From an uncultured Aliarcobacter sp. (lineage in GTDB: Bacteria > Campylobacterota > Campylobacteria > Campylobacterales > Arcobacteraceae): 64,000 bases of DNA. Location of the stretch: assembly GCA_963677435.1 (NCBI GenBank), contig OY781945.1, forward strand, positions 2,208,001-2,272,000. The letters are read 5' to 3'. The stretch's first letter is position 1. The number at the start of each line of letters is the position of its first letter. The position numbers and the translations under genes are program-made. The notes under the pieces were generated by a model. The model saw only the letters and a program-made list of their open reading frames with translations, made no database searches and was not told where the DNA came from. Positions 50,699 to 61,204 of the stretch are shown piece after piece.

Positions 50699-52432
50699 AT
50701 GGAAAATTACAACTTCAAAACCTATAGTGAACTTTTTTTACATATATCAATCAACTACGATAATGAATATTTTTTAAACTATTTATCAAATGGAAAATAT
50801 ACAAATATCTCAACAAATGATTTTAAAAATAAAGTTATTTGTCTAAGCCTTGCTTTGAAAGATTTTGGTATTCAAAAAGGTGATAAGGTTGGGATTTTTG
50901 CTAAATCTTCACCTTTTTGGCTTATTTTTGATTTTGCTATTTTACAAGTGGGCGCTATTAGTGTTCCTATTTTTGCCAATATTTCTAGTGAAAATTTAAA
51001 CTTTGAGATAAAAGACTCTTCTATGAAGTTCATGTTTATAGATTCTCAAGAAAGACTAAATGATATAGAAAAAGAGAATTCCCATTTAGTTTTCATTACA
51101 CACAATTTTTGTATAAAAGAGCCAAATTTCTATAATTTTGATGAGATTTTAGTTATTGGAAAACAGATTTGTGATTCTACTGGATTTACTTCTTTTGAAG
51201 CATTGGAAGATGATATTTTTTCCATCATTTATACAAGCGGAAACACTGGAACTCCAAAGGGTGTGATGCTTACCCATAAAAATATAGTTTCGCAACTTTT
51301 TGATATAAATAGTTTGATAAATCTTGAACAACATGAAGTTTCTCTTTCTGTTCTTCCTTTGGCTCATATATTTGAGCGAACTGTTATGAGTTATTATTTA
51401 AGTCGTGGAATTAGTATCTATTTTGTGGATGATGTTCAAAATGTTGCAAATCTTATGAAAGTTGTGCGACCTACAATTATGACGGTAGTTCCAAGACTTT
51501 TAGAGAAAATATTTAATAAAATCAAACTAAATATTTCAACAAAACCATTTATTAGTCGAGCAATCGCCTCTTTTGCATTTGCTTATGCACTAAAAGAAAA
51601 TCTAAATAGAAACTCCCTTTTATTTAAGATTTATGACAAACTTGTTTATTCAAAATTTAGAGAAATTTTTGGTTCTAAACTTGAAAAACTAATAAGTGGA
51701 GGAGCACCTCTTTCAAAAGAAATTGCACAATTCTTTGTAAATATAAATGTCCCAGTTTATCAAGGATATGGTTTGACTGAGTTTTCACCTGTGATTTCTA
51801 CAAATTATCCAAAGGCAAACAAAGTTGGCTCTTGTGGAAAAGTAATTCCAAGTGCACAAATTAAAATAAATGAAAACAGTGAACTATTTGTAAAAGGTCC
51901 AGCTTTGATGAAAGGTTATTTAAATCAAGAGCAATTAACAGCTAAAACAATTGATAAAGATGGTTGGCTTCACACAGGTGATGTGGCTTATTTAGATGAA
52001 GATGGATATTTATTTATAAAAAGCCGAACAAAAGAGATATTCAAAACTTCAACGGGAGAATATGTAAATGCTGTTGAAATTGAGCAAAAGTTGTCTAAAA
52101 ACAGATATATTGAATTTGCTGTAGTTATTTCAGAAAATAGAAAATATACCACTGCCCTACTTTTTGTGGATAGAGAAAAATATGAAAATGCAAAAAAACT
52201 AAATAAAAATTTAACTATAGAAGAATATTATAACAAAGATGATATTCTAAAGAGTATTTCAAACCATATAAATAGAGTGAATTCCAATCTAAATAAATGG
52301 GAAAAAATAGTAAAATTCGAAATCTTAACCAATAACATTTCCATAGAAACAGGAGAATTAACTCCCTCTATGAAAATATGTAGAGCTAAAATTGAAGAGA
52401 AATATTCAAGTGTTATAAATAGTATGTATTAG
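50699..52432 (+). CDS. fadD: Long-chain fatty acid-CoA ligase
   Basis: YTSGNTGTPKGV, QGYGLTE, WLHTGD and LTPSMK motifs. Confidence 0.92.
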   Translation: MENYNFKTYSELFLHISINYDNEYFLNYLSNGKYTNISTNDFKNKVICLSLALKDFGIQKGDKVGIFAKSSPFWLIFDFAILQVGAISVPIFANISSENLNFEIKDSSMKFMFIDSQERLNDIEKENSHLVFITHNFCIKEPNFYNFDEILVIGKQICDSTGFTSFEALEDDIFSIIYTSGNTGTPKGVMLTHKNIVSQLFDINSLINLEQHEVSLSVLPLAHIFERTVMSYYLSRGISIYFVDDVQNVANLMKVVRPTIMTVVPRLLEKIFNKIKLNISTKPFISRAIASFAFAYALKENLNRNSLLFKIYDKLVYSKFREIFGSKLEKLISGGAPLSKEIAQFFVNINVPVYQGYGLTEFSPVISTNYPKANKVGSCGKVIPSAQIKINENSELFVKGPALMKGYLNQEQLTAKTIDKDGWLHTGDVAYLDEDGYLFIKSRTKEIFKTSTGEYVNAVEIEQKLSKNRYIEFAVVISENRKYTTALLFVDREKYENAKKLNKNLTIEEYYNKDDILKSISNHINRVNSNLNKWEKIVKFEILTNNISIETGELTPSMKICRAKIEEKYSSVINSMY

Positions 52433-52441
52433 GAGTTTAAA

Positions 52442-53716
52442 ATGAAAGAAAGAATAGCCATAATAGATGGACTTAGAAGTCCCATCGCAAAAGCAAATGG
52501 AAAACTAAATGAGGTAAGTGCTGACACTTTAGGTGCAATTATTACAAAAGAGTTAGTTTTACGAAATGATTTGGATTACAAACAATTTGATGAAGTAATC
52601 ATGGGAAATGTTGCCCAACCTGCAAATGCTGCAAATATTGCAAGGGTTATGGCTATTCGAGCTGGCTTTCCCCAATCAACTATTGCATACACGGTTCATA
52701 GAAATTGCGCTTCTGGAATGCAATCAATTTCAAGTGCTATTGAAAAAATAAACTCAAATCAAGGTGAGTTGTATTTAGTTGGTGGAATGGAATCTATGAG
52801 TAATATTCCTTTACTTTATAGTGATGAATTTAGAAATTTAATCACAAAATTCAGCTATTCAAAATCAATCATTGAAAAATTTGAACTTCTAACAACTTTT
52901 AGATTAAGATTTTTAAAACCTACTATTGGATTAATTTCTGGTTTAACTGACCCAATTTCTGGAAAAATCATGGGAATTACTGCTGAAAACTTAGCAAATG
53001 AGTTTAAAATAAGCCGAGCAGCCCAAGATGAATATGCTTTAAATTCCCACAAAAAAGCTCAAAAAGCAATTGAGTCTGGAATATTCAAAGATGAAATTCA
53101 TCCAATAATGACAAAAAATGCTTCTATCTCAAATGATGATGGAGTAAGATTTAATCAAACAATTGAAGCTTTAAATAAATTAAACCCAATTTTTGAAAAA
53201 GTTGGTGGAACTGTAACTGCTGGAAATTCATCACAAGTTTCAGATGGAGCTTGTAGTTTGATTATTTGTACTGAATCAAAAGCAAAGGAATTAAACATTG
53301 AACCAATTGGATTTATAACAGATTATGCTTACGCTGGACTTGATGCAAATAGAATGGGTTTAGGACCTATTTATGCTACAAAAAAACTTTTTGATAAAAC
53401 AGGAACTACTCTTAAAGATATTGATTTAATTGAGATAAATGAAGCCTTTGCTGCACAAGTTATAGCAAATCTTGAAGCTTTTAAATCAGAAGAGTTTTGT
53501 CAAAAAACTTTCAATTCTAGTGCCCTTGGCGAGATTGATGAATCTATTTTAAATGTAAATGGAGGAGCAATTGCCCTTGGACACCCAGTTGGAATGAGTG
53601 GAGCTCGAATTGTTTTAACAGCATTAAAAGAGTTAAAAAGAAGAAACAAAAACAAAGCATTAGCCTCACTATGTATTGGTGGCGGGCAAGGTGCTTCTTT
53701 TTTATTGGAGATATAA
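52442..53716 (+). CDS. fadI: Acetyl-CoA C-acyltransferase (thiolase, FadA/FadI type)
   Basis: NCASG, NEAFAAQ, GHPVG and CIGGGQG motifs. Confidence 0.9.
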   Translation: MKERIAIIDGLRSPIAKANGKLNEVSADTLGAIITKELVLRNDLDYKQFDEVIMGNVAQPANAANIARVMAIRAGFPQSTIAYTVHRNCASGMQSISSAIEKINSNQGELYLVGGMESMSNIPLLYSDEFRNLITKFSYSKSIIEKFELLTTFRLRFLKPTIGLISGLTDPISGKIMGITAENLANEFKISRAAQDEYALNSHKKAQKAIESGIFKDEIHPIMTKNASISNDDGVRFNQTIEALNKLNPIFEKVGGTVTAGNSSQVSDGACSLIICTESKAKELNIEPIGFITDYAYAGLDANRMGLGPIYATKKLFDKTGTTLKDIDLIEINEAFAAQVIANLEAFKSEEFCQKTFNSSALGEIDESILNVNGGAIALGHPVGMSGARIVLTALKELKRRNKNKALASLCIGGGQGASFLLEI

Positions 53717-53717
53717 T

Positions 53718-55826
53718 ATGAGTAACATAAAATTTGAAATTAACCAAGAAATCGCAACTATAACTTTTGATTTAGAAAATGAAAAGATAAATAAACTATC
53801 TTTTGAAGTATTAAAAGAGTTCGATGAAAAATTAAATCTAGTTCAACAAGACCACACTATAAAAGCTCTTTTGATTGATAGTGCAAAAAAAGATATTTTT
53901 ATTGCTGGGGCTGATATAAAAGAGATTGAACAACTAAAAGATGAAAAAGATATTTATGATGCGTTAATGGAAGTTCATAAAATATTTAATAAACTTGAAA
54001 ATTTCACAATCCCAACAATTGCCTATATAAATGGTGCTTGTATGGGTGGAGGACTTGAACTTGCCCTTGCTTGTAAATATAGAGTAATGAGTACAAATCC
54101 AAAAACAAAAGTTGCATTTCCAGAGATAAAACTAGGAATATTCCCAGGTTTCGCAGGAACTTATAGAGCTCCAAAATTAATAGGACTTGTGAATGCTTTA
54201 GATTTAATATTAACAGGAAAAACTATTGATGCAAAAAAAGCTTATAAAATAAATCTTGCAGATGAGATTTTTGATAATGCTCAAAAAGAGTTTATGTTAG
54301 ATAATTTCATAAAAAAAGCTATTAATAAAACATTAGGAAGTAGAAATAGTTTTTATATTCTAAACTTCCCTCCTTTAAATGAGATTATTTTTAGTAGAGC
54401 CCTAAAAAAATTAGAAACTAAAGTAAATCCAGTATTTAAAGCTCCATTTGCTGCTTTAAAAGTTATAAAAGAGACAATAAACAAAGATATAGAGTTTGCT
54501 AATAAACTTGAAGCAACGCAGTTTTCACAAATTGCAATCACGAAAGAGTCAAAAAATCTAATAAAACTATTTTTCATTTTTGAAAAATTAAATAAAAATT
54601 TTGAAAAAACTTCAAATCCTATTTCAAACACTGTAGTTCTTGGAAATGGCGTAATGGGAAAAGGAATTATCTGGTTATTCTCAAAATATTTAAAAGATGT
54701 AAGAATTAAACTAAGAGATATTTCACAAGCTCACGACATAATCAAAGATGTGTCAAAAATTTACGCTTATTTAGTAAAAACTAGAAAAATGACAAAAAAT
54801 GAAGTTGATTTTAAATTAAATAAAATTTCATATACAGAAAACTTTGATGGATTTAAACACTTTGATTTTATTATTGAAGCAATAATTGAAGATGAAAAAA
54901 CAAAAAAAGAGACTTATTCTCAAATAGAAAAAGTTTGTAAGGAAAATGCAATAATTGCTACAAATACTTCATCTATTTCAATAGAAAAATTAGGAAGTGA
55001 ACTAAAAAACAAAGAAAATTTCCTAGGAGTTCACTTTTTTAATCCAGTAAATTTAATGCCTCTTGTTGAAGTAATTCCCTCACAATATACTTCAAAAGAG
55101 ACAATAAACAAAGTTTTTGAACTTCTTATTTCATGTGGGAAAACACCAATTTTAGTAAAAGATTGTGCTGGATTTATTGTAAATAGAATTTTACTTCCAT
55201 ATTTAAATGAAGCAGCTTTTATTTTAAGTGAAAGCTCAAGTGTAGAACATATCGACCATTTAATAAAAGAGTTTGGTATGCCAATGGGACCATTTAATCT
55301 AGCTGATACAGTGGGAATTGATGTTGGATATAAAGTTGCTTCTATTTTACATGATGAATATGGATATAGAATGCCAATTGCTCCAATACTTGAAAAAATG
55401 TATGATGCAAAATATTTTGGTAAAAAAGGTGAAAATGGTGGTTTTTATCAATATGATGGAAAAGATGACTATGTAAATGAACATGTTACTTCAATGCTAC
55501 AAAGTAACAGTAAAATTATTTCAGATGAAGAGATAGTTCAAAGATGCCTTTATATTATGATAAATGAAGCTTCAAGATGTTTAGAAGAAAATATCGTAAC
55601 AGAAGCTGCAATAATTGATTTTGCGATGATTACAGGAACTGGTTTCCCTGCTTATAGAGGTGGATTATTAACTTATGCAAATGAAGTTGGATTAAGAAAT
55701 ATCTTAGAATCATTAAGACAATTTGAAAAAGATTATGGAAGTAGATTTGCACCTTCTAATCTTTTAATCAAATTAGTTGAAGAACATGAAGATTTTGAAA
55801 CAGGAGAAACATTATGGAAACGCTGA
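53718..55826 (+). CDS. fadJ: Enoyl-CoA hydratase / 3-hydroxyacyl-CoA dehydrogenase (FadB/FadJ type)
   Basis: AGADI, GGGLELALAC, PEIKLG, TNTSS, HFFNP and GFIVNR motifs; ATG 53718 after GGAG. Confidence 0.92.
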   Translation: MSNIKFEINQEIATITFDLENEKINKLSFEVLKEFDEKLNLVQQDHTIKALLIDSAKKDIFIAGADIKEIEQLKDEKDIYDALMEVHKIFNKLENFTIPTIAYINGACMGGGLELALACKYRVMSTNPKTKVAFPEIKLGIFPGFAGTYRAPKLIGLVNALDLILTGKTIDAKKAYKINLADEIFDNAQKEFMLDNFIKKAINKTLGSRNSFYILNFPPLNEIIFSRALKKLETKVNPVFKAPFAALKVIKETINKDIEFANKLEATQFSQIAITKESKNLIKLFFIFEKLNKNFEKTSNPISNTVVLGNGVMGKGIIWLFSKYLKDVRIKLRDISQAHDIIKDVSKIYAYLVKTRKMTKNEVDFKLNKISYTENFDGFKHFDFIIEAIIEDEKTKKETYSQIEKVCKENAIIATNTSSISIEKLGSELKNKENFLGVHFFNPVNLMPLVEVIPSQYTSKETINKVFELLISCGKTPILVKDCAGFIVNRILLPYLNEAAFILSESSSVEHIDHLIKEFGMPMGPFNLADTVGIDVGYKVASILHDEYGYRMPIAPILEKMYDAKYFGKKGENGGFYQYDGKDDYVNEHVTSMLQSNSKIISDEEIVQRCLYIMINEASRCLEENIVTEAAIIDFAMITGTGFPAYRGGLLTYANEVGLRNILESLRQFEKDYGSRFAPSNLLIKLVEEHEDFETGETLWKR

Positions 55827-58174
55827 TTTTACTCTTTCTTATATTAGTTTTTGGATTTTATTCATTTCCACTTTATAGTTATTTTGCATTAATTGGAGTT
55901 TATACTTTTGCATTTTGTGATGCAGGGATTATCTTTTGGTCAATATTTATAGTTTTAGGTGCTGTTTTTTTAATCCCAAGTTTGAGAATAAAATTTATCT
56001 CAAGTAAACTTGTAAGCTTTATAAATAAAAAAGGTTTATTACCTAAAATATCTGCAACTGAAGAAGCAGCTTTACAAGCTGGAACAAACTGGGTTGAAAC
56101 AAATTTTTTTAAAGCTCAAGTTAATTTCAAAGAGATAAATGCTCAAAGAGTTACAACTCTTTCAAAAGAAGAGCAGGACTTTTTAGACAATGAAGTAAAT
56201 GAACTTTGTGAGATGACTACTGATTGGGAAATTTTCCAAAATAGAGATTTAAGTTCACAAGTTTGGCAATTTATAAAAGACAAAAAATTCTTTGGAATGA
56301 TTATTCCAAAAGAGTATGGAGGTCTTGGTTTCTCAGCAACTGCTCACTCAAGGGTTATTGAAAAATTAGTTTCAAGATCACAAGTTTTAGCAATTACAAT
56401 AATGGTTCCAAACTCACTTGGGCCCGCTGAGCTTATTTTAAAACATGGAACTCAGGCACAAAAAGATAAATATTTAAGTGATTTAGCCCATGGAATATTA
56501 GTTCCTTGTTTTGGTTTAACAGAACCAAATGCAGGAAGTGATGCTACTTCTATAACTTCAAATGGTGTAGTTTTTAAAGATAAAAAAAACAAAATAAAAA
56601 TCAAACTAAATTTTGAGAAAAGATATATTACTTTAGGAAATATCGCTACTTTAGTTGGTCTTGCTTTTGTTTTAAAAGATCCAGAGCATTTACTTGGTGA
56701 GAAGGAAGATTTAGGAATTACCTTTGCTGTAATTGATTCTAAAACTAAAGGACTTGATAATTCAAAACGACATGACCCACTTGGAATTCCTTTTGTAAAC
56801 TCTCCTCTTTTTGGAAAAGATGTAATCATAGATATGGAAAATATTATTGGTGAAGTTGAGGGAATTGGAAAAGGTTGGCAAATGCTTGTTGAGTCTTTAT
56901 CAATCGGTCGAGGGATTTCCCTTCCAAGTGTTAGTCTTGGTGGAAGTAAATTAGCACTCAATGTTGTGGCTTCATATTCACAATTAAGAGAACAATTTGG
57001 ACTTAGTATAAATTATTTTGAAGGTGTTGAAGAAAAAATTGCAAAAATTGCAGCATTTAGTTATATGTTAAATAGTGCTAGAAACTTCACTTTAGATGCT
57101 ATTGATGATGGTGTAAAACCAGGAGTTATAAACTCTATTATGAAATACCATGCAACTGAAAAATTTAGAACTGTAATAAATGATGCAATGGATGTTTTAG
57201 GAGGAAGTGCAATTATCCGAGGTGAAAACAATCTTTTAGCTCACGCTTATTTTGCGATTCCTATTTCAATTACTGTTGAGGGTGCAAATATCTTAACTAG
57301 AAATTTAATGCAATTTGGACAAGGTTTAATCAAATCTCATCCATATATTTATTCAGAAATAACTGCATTAAAAAACAATAATGTAAAAGGTTTTGATAAG
57401 GCATTTTTTGGCCATATTGCTTTAGTTTTTAACGCATTTGCAAAATCACTTGCATATTATTTTACAAGAGCTATTATAAACTGCCAAAAAGGTGAATTTA
57501 AAAGATATAAAGAAAAACTAACTTGGGTTAGTTGTGAATTTACACTTTTAACAAATCTAGCTTTGGGAATTTTAGGTCCAAGTTTGAAAAAACGAGAAAA
57601 TATTAGTGCTAGATTTGGAGATATTTTATCAAATTGTTATTTGATAACTGCAACTTTAAGAGAGTTTGAAAATAATCCAAATGAAGACGATAGAGATTTA
57701 GTTGATTATATTTGTAATTATTGTTTTAACGAAATACAAATAGCCAGAGAAGAGATTATTTCAAATATTGGATATATAGGTTTTTTACTTCCAGTTGTGA
57801 AAATAAATCCATTTTCAATAAAATCAAAAGATAAATTAAATGCAAAAATAGTTAAAAATTTAAATAATCAAGATTATCTAAAAAGTTTAACATCATCTTT
57901 ATTTATCTCTTCAAATGAAAAAGATAGATTACATCTTATTCAAGAAGCAGTAAAACAAAACAAAGAGTGTGAAGCTGGATTTAAAAAACTAAAAGATGCT
58001 ATTAAAAATGGAACTATAAAAAAAGATAGTTTTGAAAATATGTTGGCTCAACTTTTAGAAAAAAACATCTTAACTGCCCAAGAAATAGAAAAATTAAAAA
58101 ATGCACACGCTTTAAAACAAGAAGTAATAAGTGTTGATTCTTTTGAAGCAAGTGTTTATAAGGCTCAAAGATAA
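55814..58174 (+). CDS. fadE: Long, membrane-anchored acyl-CoA dehydrogenase (FadE type)
   Basis: MVPNSLGPAEL, CFGLTEP.AGSDA and ITVEGANILTR motifs. Confidence 0.93.
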   Translation: METLILLFLILVFGFYSFPLYSYFALIGVYTFAFCDAGIIFWSIFIVLGAVFLIPSLRIKFISSKLVSFINKKGLLPKISATEEAALQAGTNWVETNFFKAQVNFKEINAQRVTTLSKEEQDFLDNEVNELCEMTTDWEIFQNRDLSSQVWQFIKDKKFFGMIIPKEYGGLGFSATAHSRVIEKLVSRSQVLAITIMVPNSLGPAELILKHGTQAQKDKYLSDLAHGILVPCFGLTEPNAGSDATSITSNGVVFKDKKNKIKIKLNFEKRYITLGNIATLVGLAFVLKDPEHLLGEKEDLGITFAVIDSKTKGLDNSKRHDPLGIPFVNSPLFGKDVIIDMENIIGEVEGIGKGWQMLVESLSIGRGISLPSVSLGGSKLALNVVASYSQLREQFGLSINYFEGVEEKIAKIAAFSYMLNSARNFTLDAIDDGVKPGVINSIMKYHATEKFRTVINDAMDVLGGSAIIRGENNLLAHAYFAIPISITVEGANILTRNLMQFGQGLIKSHPYIYSEITALKNNNVKGFDKAFFGHIALVFNAFAKSLAYYFTRAIINCQKGEFKRYKEKLTWVSCEFTLLTNLALGILGPSLKKRENISARFGDILSNCYLITATLREFENNPNEDDRDLVDYICNYCFNEIQIAREEIISNIGYIGFLLPVVKINPFSIKSKDKLNAKIVKNLNNQDYLKSLTSSLFISSNEKDRLHLIQEAVKQNKECEAGFKKLKDAIKNGTIKKDSFENMLAQLLEKNILTAQEIEKLKNAHALKQEVISVDSFEASVYKAQR

Positions 58175-60294
58175 TGAACAATGATTTGCTAATAAATATA
58201 AATGGTTATGTTTTAAGTCTTTTAGAAAAGATTTTAAATGCTAATATTGAAGTAAAAGGAATTGAGAATATTCCTATTTCAAATCCAAAAATATTTGTAG
58301 CAAATCACTTCACTAGAATTGAAGCTATGTTAGTTCCTTATACTTTATACAATCTAACAAATAAAAAAGTTGGTGTAATTGCAGATGATTCACTATTCAA
58401 AGGTTTTTTTGGAACTTTTTTGAGTAATTTAGGTGCTTTGAAAAAAAGTGCTAAAAATAGGAATGAACATATAATTGGTGATTTAATAACTTCATGTAAA
58501 GATTGGATGATTTTTCCTGAGGGAATAATGGTAAAAGCCAAAGATATTTCAAAAATTGATAAAAATTTTTGTGTAAAAATTGATGAGACTTGTCAAAGAG
58601 TTTATACAGGAGCAGCTGTTTTTGCTCTATCATCTCAACTTTTTAGAGAAAAATATTTTGATTATAAAATAGATAATTATGAAGAATTTAGTAAAAAATA
58701 TTTTGTAAATGATTGCAAAGATATAGATAAAAATGAAACATTAATAGTTCCTATAAATATAAGTTATTCAAAGCTTAGAAATGGAGATAATTTTTTAGTA
58801 GATATGGCTAAAAGGTTGATTGATGATTTAGGAGAAAACTTTAAAGAAGAGATTGAAATTGAAAGTAATATTATTCTAAATTCAAAAATAACCATAAGAA
58901 TTTTAGAACCAATTTCAACAAAAGATATTATAAAAAATTTGTATAAAAAAGATTTTTCACAAGAAATAATAATTGATAAATTAAGATATGAAATTACCCA
59001 TGATTTTATGGATAAAATATATGAATCTTTAACTATAAATTTTGACCATATTTTTATCTTAACCCTATTTTTATATCCCAAAAAAAGTATTGAAATAAAC
59101 TATTTTAAAAGATTGATTTATTTGAGTATTCAAGAAATACAAAATAAAGACCTATTTATAGATGAACAAATAAATAAAAATCTAATTCAATTAATTTCTT
59201 ACGAAAAATTTGAAAGATTTGAAGATATTCTAAAAGTTGCACTAGCTGACGATATTCTAAATATAGTAAATAATAATTATCTTATAAATAAAGAAAAACT
59301 ACTTTATAACTATAATCACAATACAATTAGATTAAAAAATATTCTAAAAGTAATTTTGAATGAGATTTTAATAAGTCAAAAAAGTGTTAATATTGTAAAA
59401 AAAATAGTTTCAAAAAATGAAGAAACAAATAATCAAGATTTACTATTATTACTTCAAAATCAAGAAAAAGAGGAATTTGAAAAATCTCATGAAAAATATA
59501 AATATGCATTAAAATTAAAACCTAAAGATATTGGAAGTTCAAAATATTTTGAAGCAAAAGATTCTAAGACTTGTATAATAGCAATTCATGGATTTTCAGC
59601 TGCACCAAAAGAGATGGAAAAATTAGCACTTTTCTTAAATTCTAAAAATTTAAATGTTTATACTCCAAGACTTGATGGACATGGAACAGTAGCTGAAGAT
59701 TTAAAAAGCAAAAAATGGCAAGATTGGTATAATAGTATTTCAAGAGCAATAATTATTGCTTCTTTAAAATATGAAAAAGTTTTTATTATTGGTTTTTCAA
59801 CTGGTGGATTATTAGCACTTTTAAGTACAAAAAAATATTACAAAGAGTTTTGTGGACTTATATGTATAAATGCAGCACTTCATTTAAATGACATGAGAAT
59901 TAAAACTCTTTTACCTGCAATTTCATTTTGGAATGATTTATTAGAAGCTGTTAATAAAGAAGAATATCAAAAAGAATATATCGATAATTTACCACAAAAT
60001 CCAGATATCAACTACGATAAACACTATATTAATTCAATTGAACAATTAGAGTTATTAATGAAAAAAACAAGAAAAAGTTTAGAAAAAATGCAAAAACCCA
60101 TATTAATATTGCAGGCAAAAGATGACCCAGTTGTAAACCCAACTTCTGCATATGAGATATTTGAGAAAATCAAATCAACAAATAAAACTATAAAAATTAT
60201 AGATTCAAAAAATCATGTAATGGTAACGCAAGAAGATACAAAAGAGTTGTTTACATTTATTTACGATTTTATAAAGAAGTTAAATAAAATATAG
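58174..60294 (+). CDS. Glycerolipid acyltransferase domain fused to an alpha/beta hydrolase (lipase/esterase)
   Basis: N-terminal NHFTRIE and FPEG; C-terminal HGF, GHG, GFSTGG, DDPVV and His motifs. Confidence 0.85.
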   Translation: MNNDLLININGYVLSLLEKILNANIEVKGIENIPISNPKIFVANHFTRIEAMLVPYTLYNLTNKKVGVIADDSLFKGFFGTFLSNLGALKKSAKNRNEHIIGDLITSCKDWMIFPEGIMVKAKDISKIDKNFCVKIDETCQRVYTGAAVFALSSQLFREKYFDYKIDNYEEFSKKYFVNDCKDIDKNETLIVPINISYSKLRNGDNFLVDMAKRLIDDLGENFKEEIEIESNIILNSKITIRILEPISTKDIIKNLYKKDFSQEIIIDKLRYEITHDFMDKIYESLTINFDHIFILTLFLYPKKSIEINYFKRLIYLSIQEIQNKDLFIDEQINKNLIQLISYEKFERFEDILKVALADDILNIVNNNYLINKEKLLYNYNHNTIRLKNILKVILNEILISQKSVNIVKKIVSKNEETNNQDLLLLLQNQEKEEFEKSHEKYKYALKLKPKDIGSSKYFEAKDSKTCIIAIHGFSAAPKEMEKLALFLNSKNLNVYTPRLDGHGTVAEDLKSKKWQDWYNSISRAIIIASLKYEKVFIIGFSTGGLLALLSTKKYYKEFCGLICINAALHLNDMRIKTLLPAISFWNDLLEAVNKEEYQKEYIDNLPQNPDINYDKHYINSIEQLELLMKKTRKSLEKMQKPILILQAKDDPVVNPTSAYEIFEKIKSTNKTIKIIDSKNHVMVTQEDTKELFTFIYDFIKKLNKI

Positions 60295-60311
60295 GATTGC
60301 TCCTATATTTT
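60286..60311. terminator. Bidirectional terminator between the fad operon and yebC
   Basis: AAAATATAGGA-TTGC-TCCTATATTTT. Confidence 0.65.
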
Positions 60312-60319
60312 AAAAAAAA

Positions 60320-61030
60320 TTAAGCTATATTTGTATAAACAGCTTGAACATCATCATCATCTTCAAGTTTTTCAATTAATTTACCAATATCCTCTTGTTG
60401 AGCTTCTGTAAATTCTTGAGGATTATTTGGAATTCTTTTTAATTCAGCTTTAGTTAATTGTATCCCTAACTCTTCAAATTTTTGGTTCATATTTCCAAAA
60501 TCTGTATAATTAGCATAAGCTAAAACTAAACCATCTTCTTCATCAATCTCTTCAAGTCCAGCATCAATAAGTTCTAATTCTAAATCTTCAAGTTCCATAT
60601 TATCAGGTTTTGTAAATTCAAAAATTGCTTTTCTATCAAAGAAAAATTCTAAAGAACCAGTAGGAACTACTTGTCCTTGTGTTTTATTAAAATACATTTT
60701 AACATTAGCAACAGTTCTTGTATTATTATCAGTTGCTGTTTCTACAAAAATTAAAACTCCGTGTGGACCTTTTCCCTCAAAATTTACTTCAGCAAAATTT
60801 GCCGCATCTTTTCCCGATGCTCTTTTAATTGCTGCATCAATATTTGTTTTTGGCATATTTTCAGCTTTTGCATTTAAAATAGCTGTTCTAAGTGCTGAAT
60901 TCATTTCAGGATCTGGAACACCAGCTTTTGCTGCCATTTCAATTGCTTTTGCAAGTTTTGGGAAAACTCTTGACATGTTCCCCCATCTTTTCATTTTTGC
61001 TGCTTTTCTATATTCAAAGGCTCTACCCAT
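60320..61030 (-). CDS. yebC: YebC/PmpR family protein
   Basis: MGRAF, NMPK.NI..AIK, TDNNTRT and EDDDDVQ.VY.N motifs. Confidence 0.95.
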   Translation of the reverse strand: MGRAFEYRKAAKMKRWGNMSRVFPKLAKAIEMAAKAGVPDPEMNSALRTAILNAKAENMPKTNIDAAIKRASGKDAANFAEVNFEGKGPHGVLIFVETATDNNTRTVANVKMYFNKTQGQVVPTGSLEFFFDRKAIFEFTKPDNMELEDLELELIDAGLEEIDEEDGLVLAYANYTDFGNMNQKFEELGIQLTKAELKRIPNNPQEFTEAQQEDIGKLIEKLEDDDDVQAVYTNIA

Positions 61031-61204
61031 AATAACTCCGATTTATTTTTCAAAATTTTGGCCATTATATCAAGTTTGTAATAAATACTTTATGAGTTAA
61101 TTCGATACAAATAAGTAATAGTATAAATAGCAAAAAAATAACACTTAATGATTGTTTCTAAATATTTAGAATATAATACTAAATTATTAAAAGAAAGGAC
61201 TAAT

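Noticed and set aside
56452..56961. 169-aa antisense ORF within fadE, and the other short antisense or nested ORFs in the track (e.g. 9812-10069, 14457-14759, 30711-31079, 41120-41461, 62739-63128, 63336-63662)
   Set aside because: They lie fully or almost fully over well-supported genes, show no recognisable motifs, and look like shadow ORFs.
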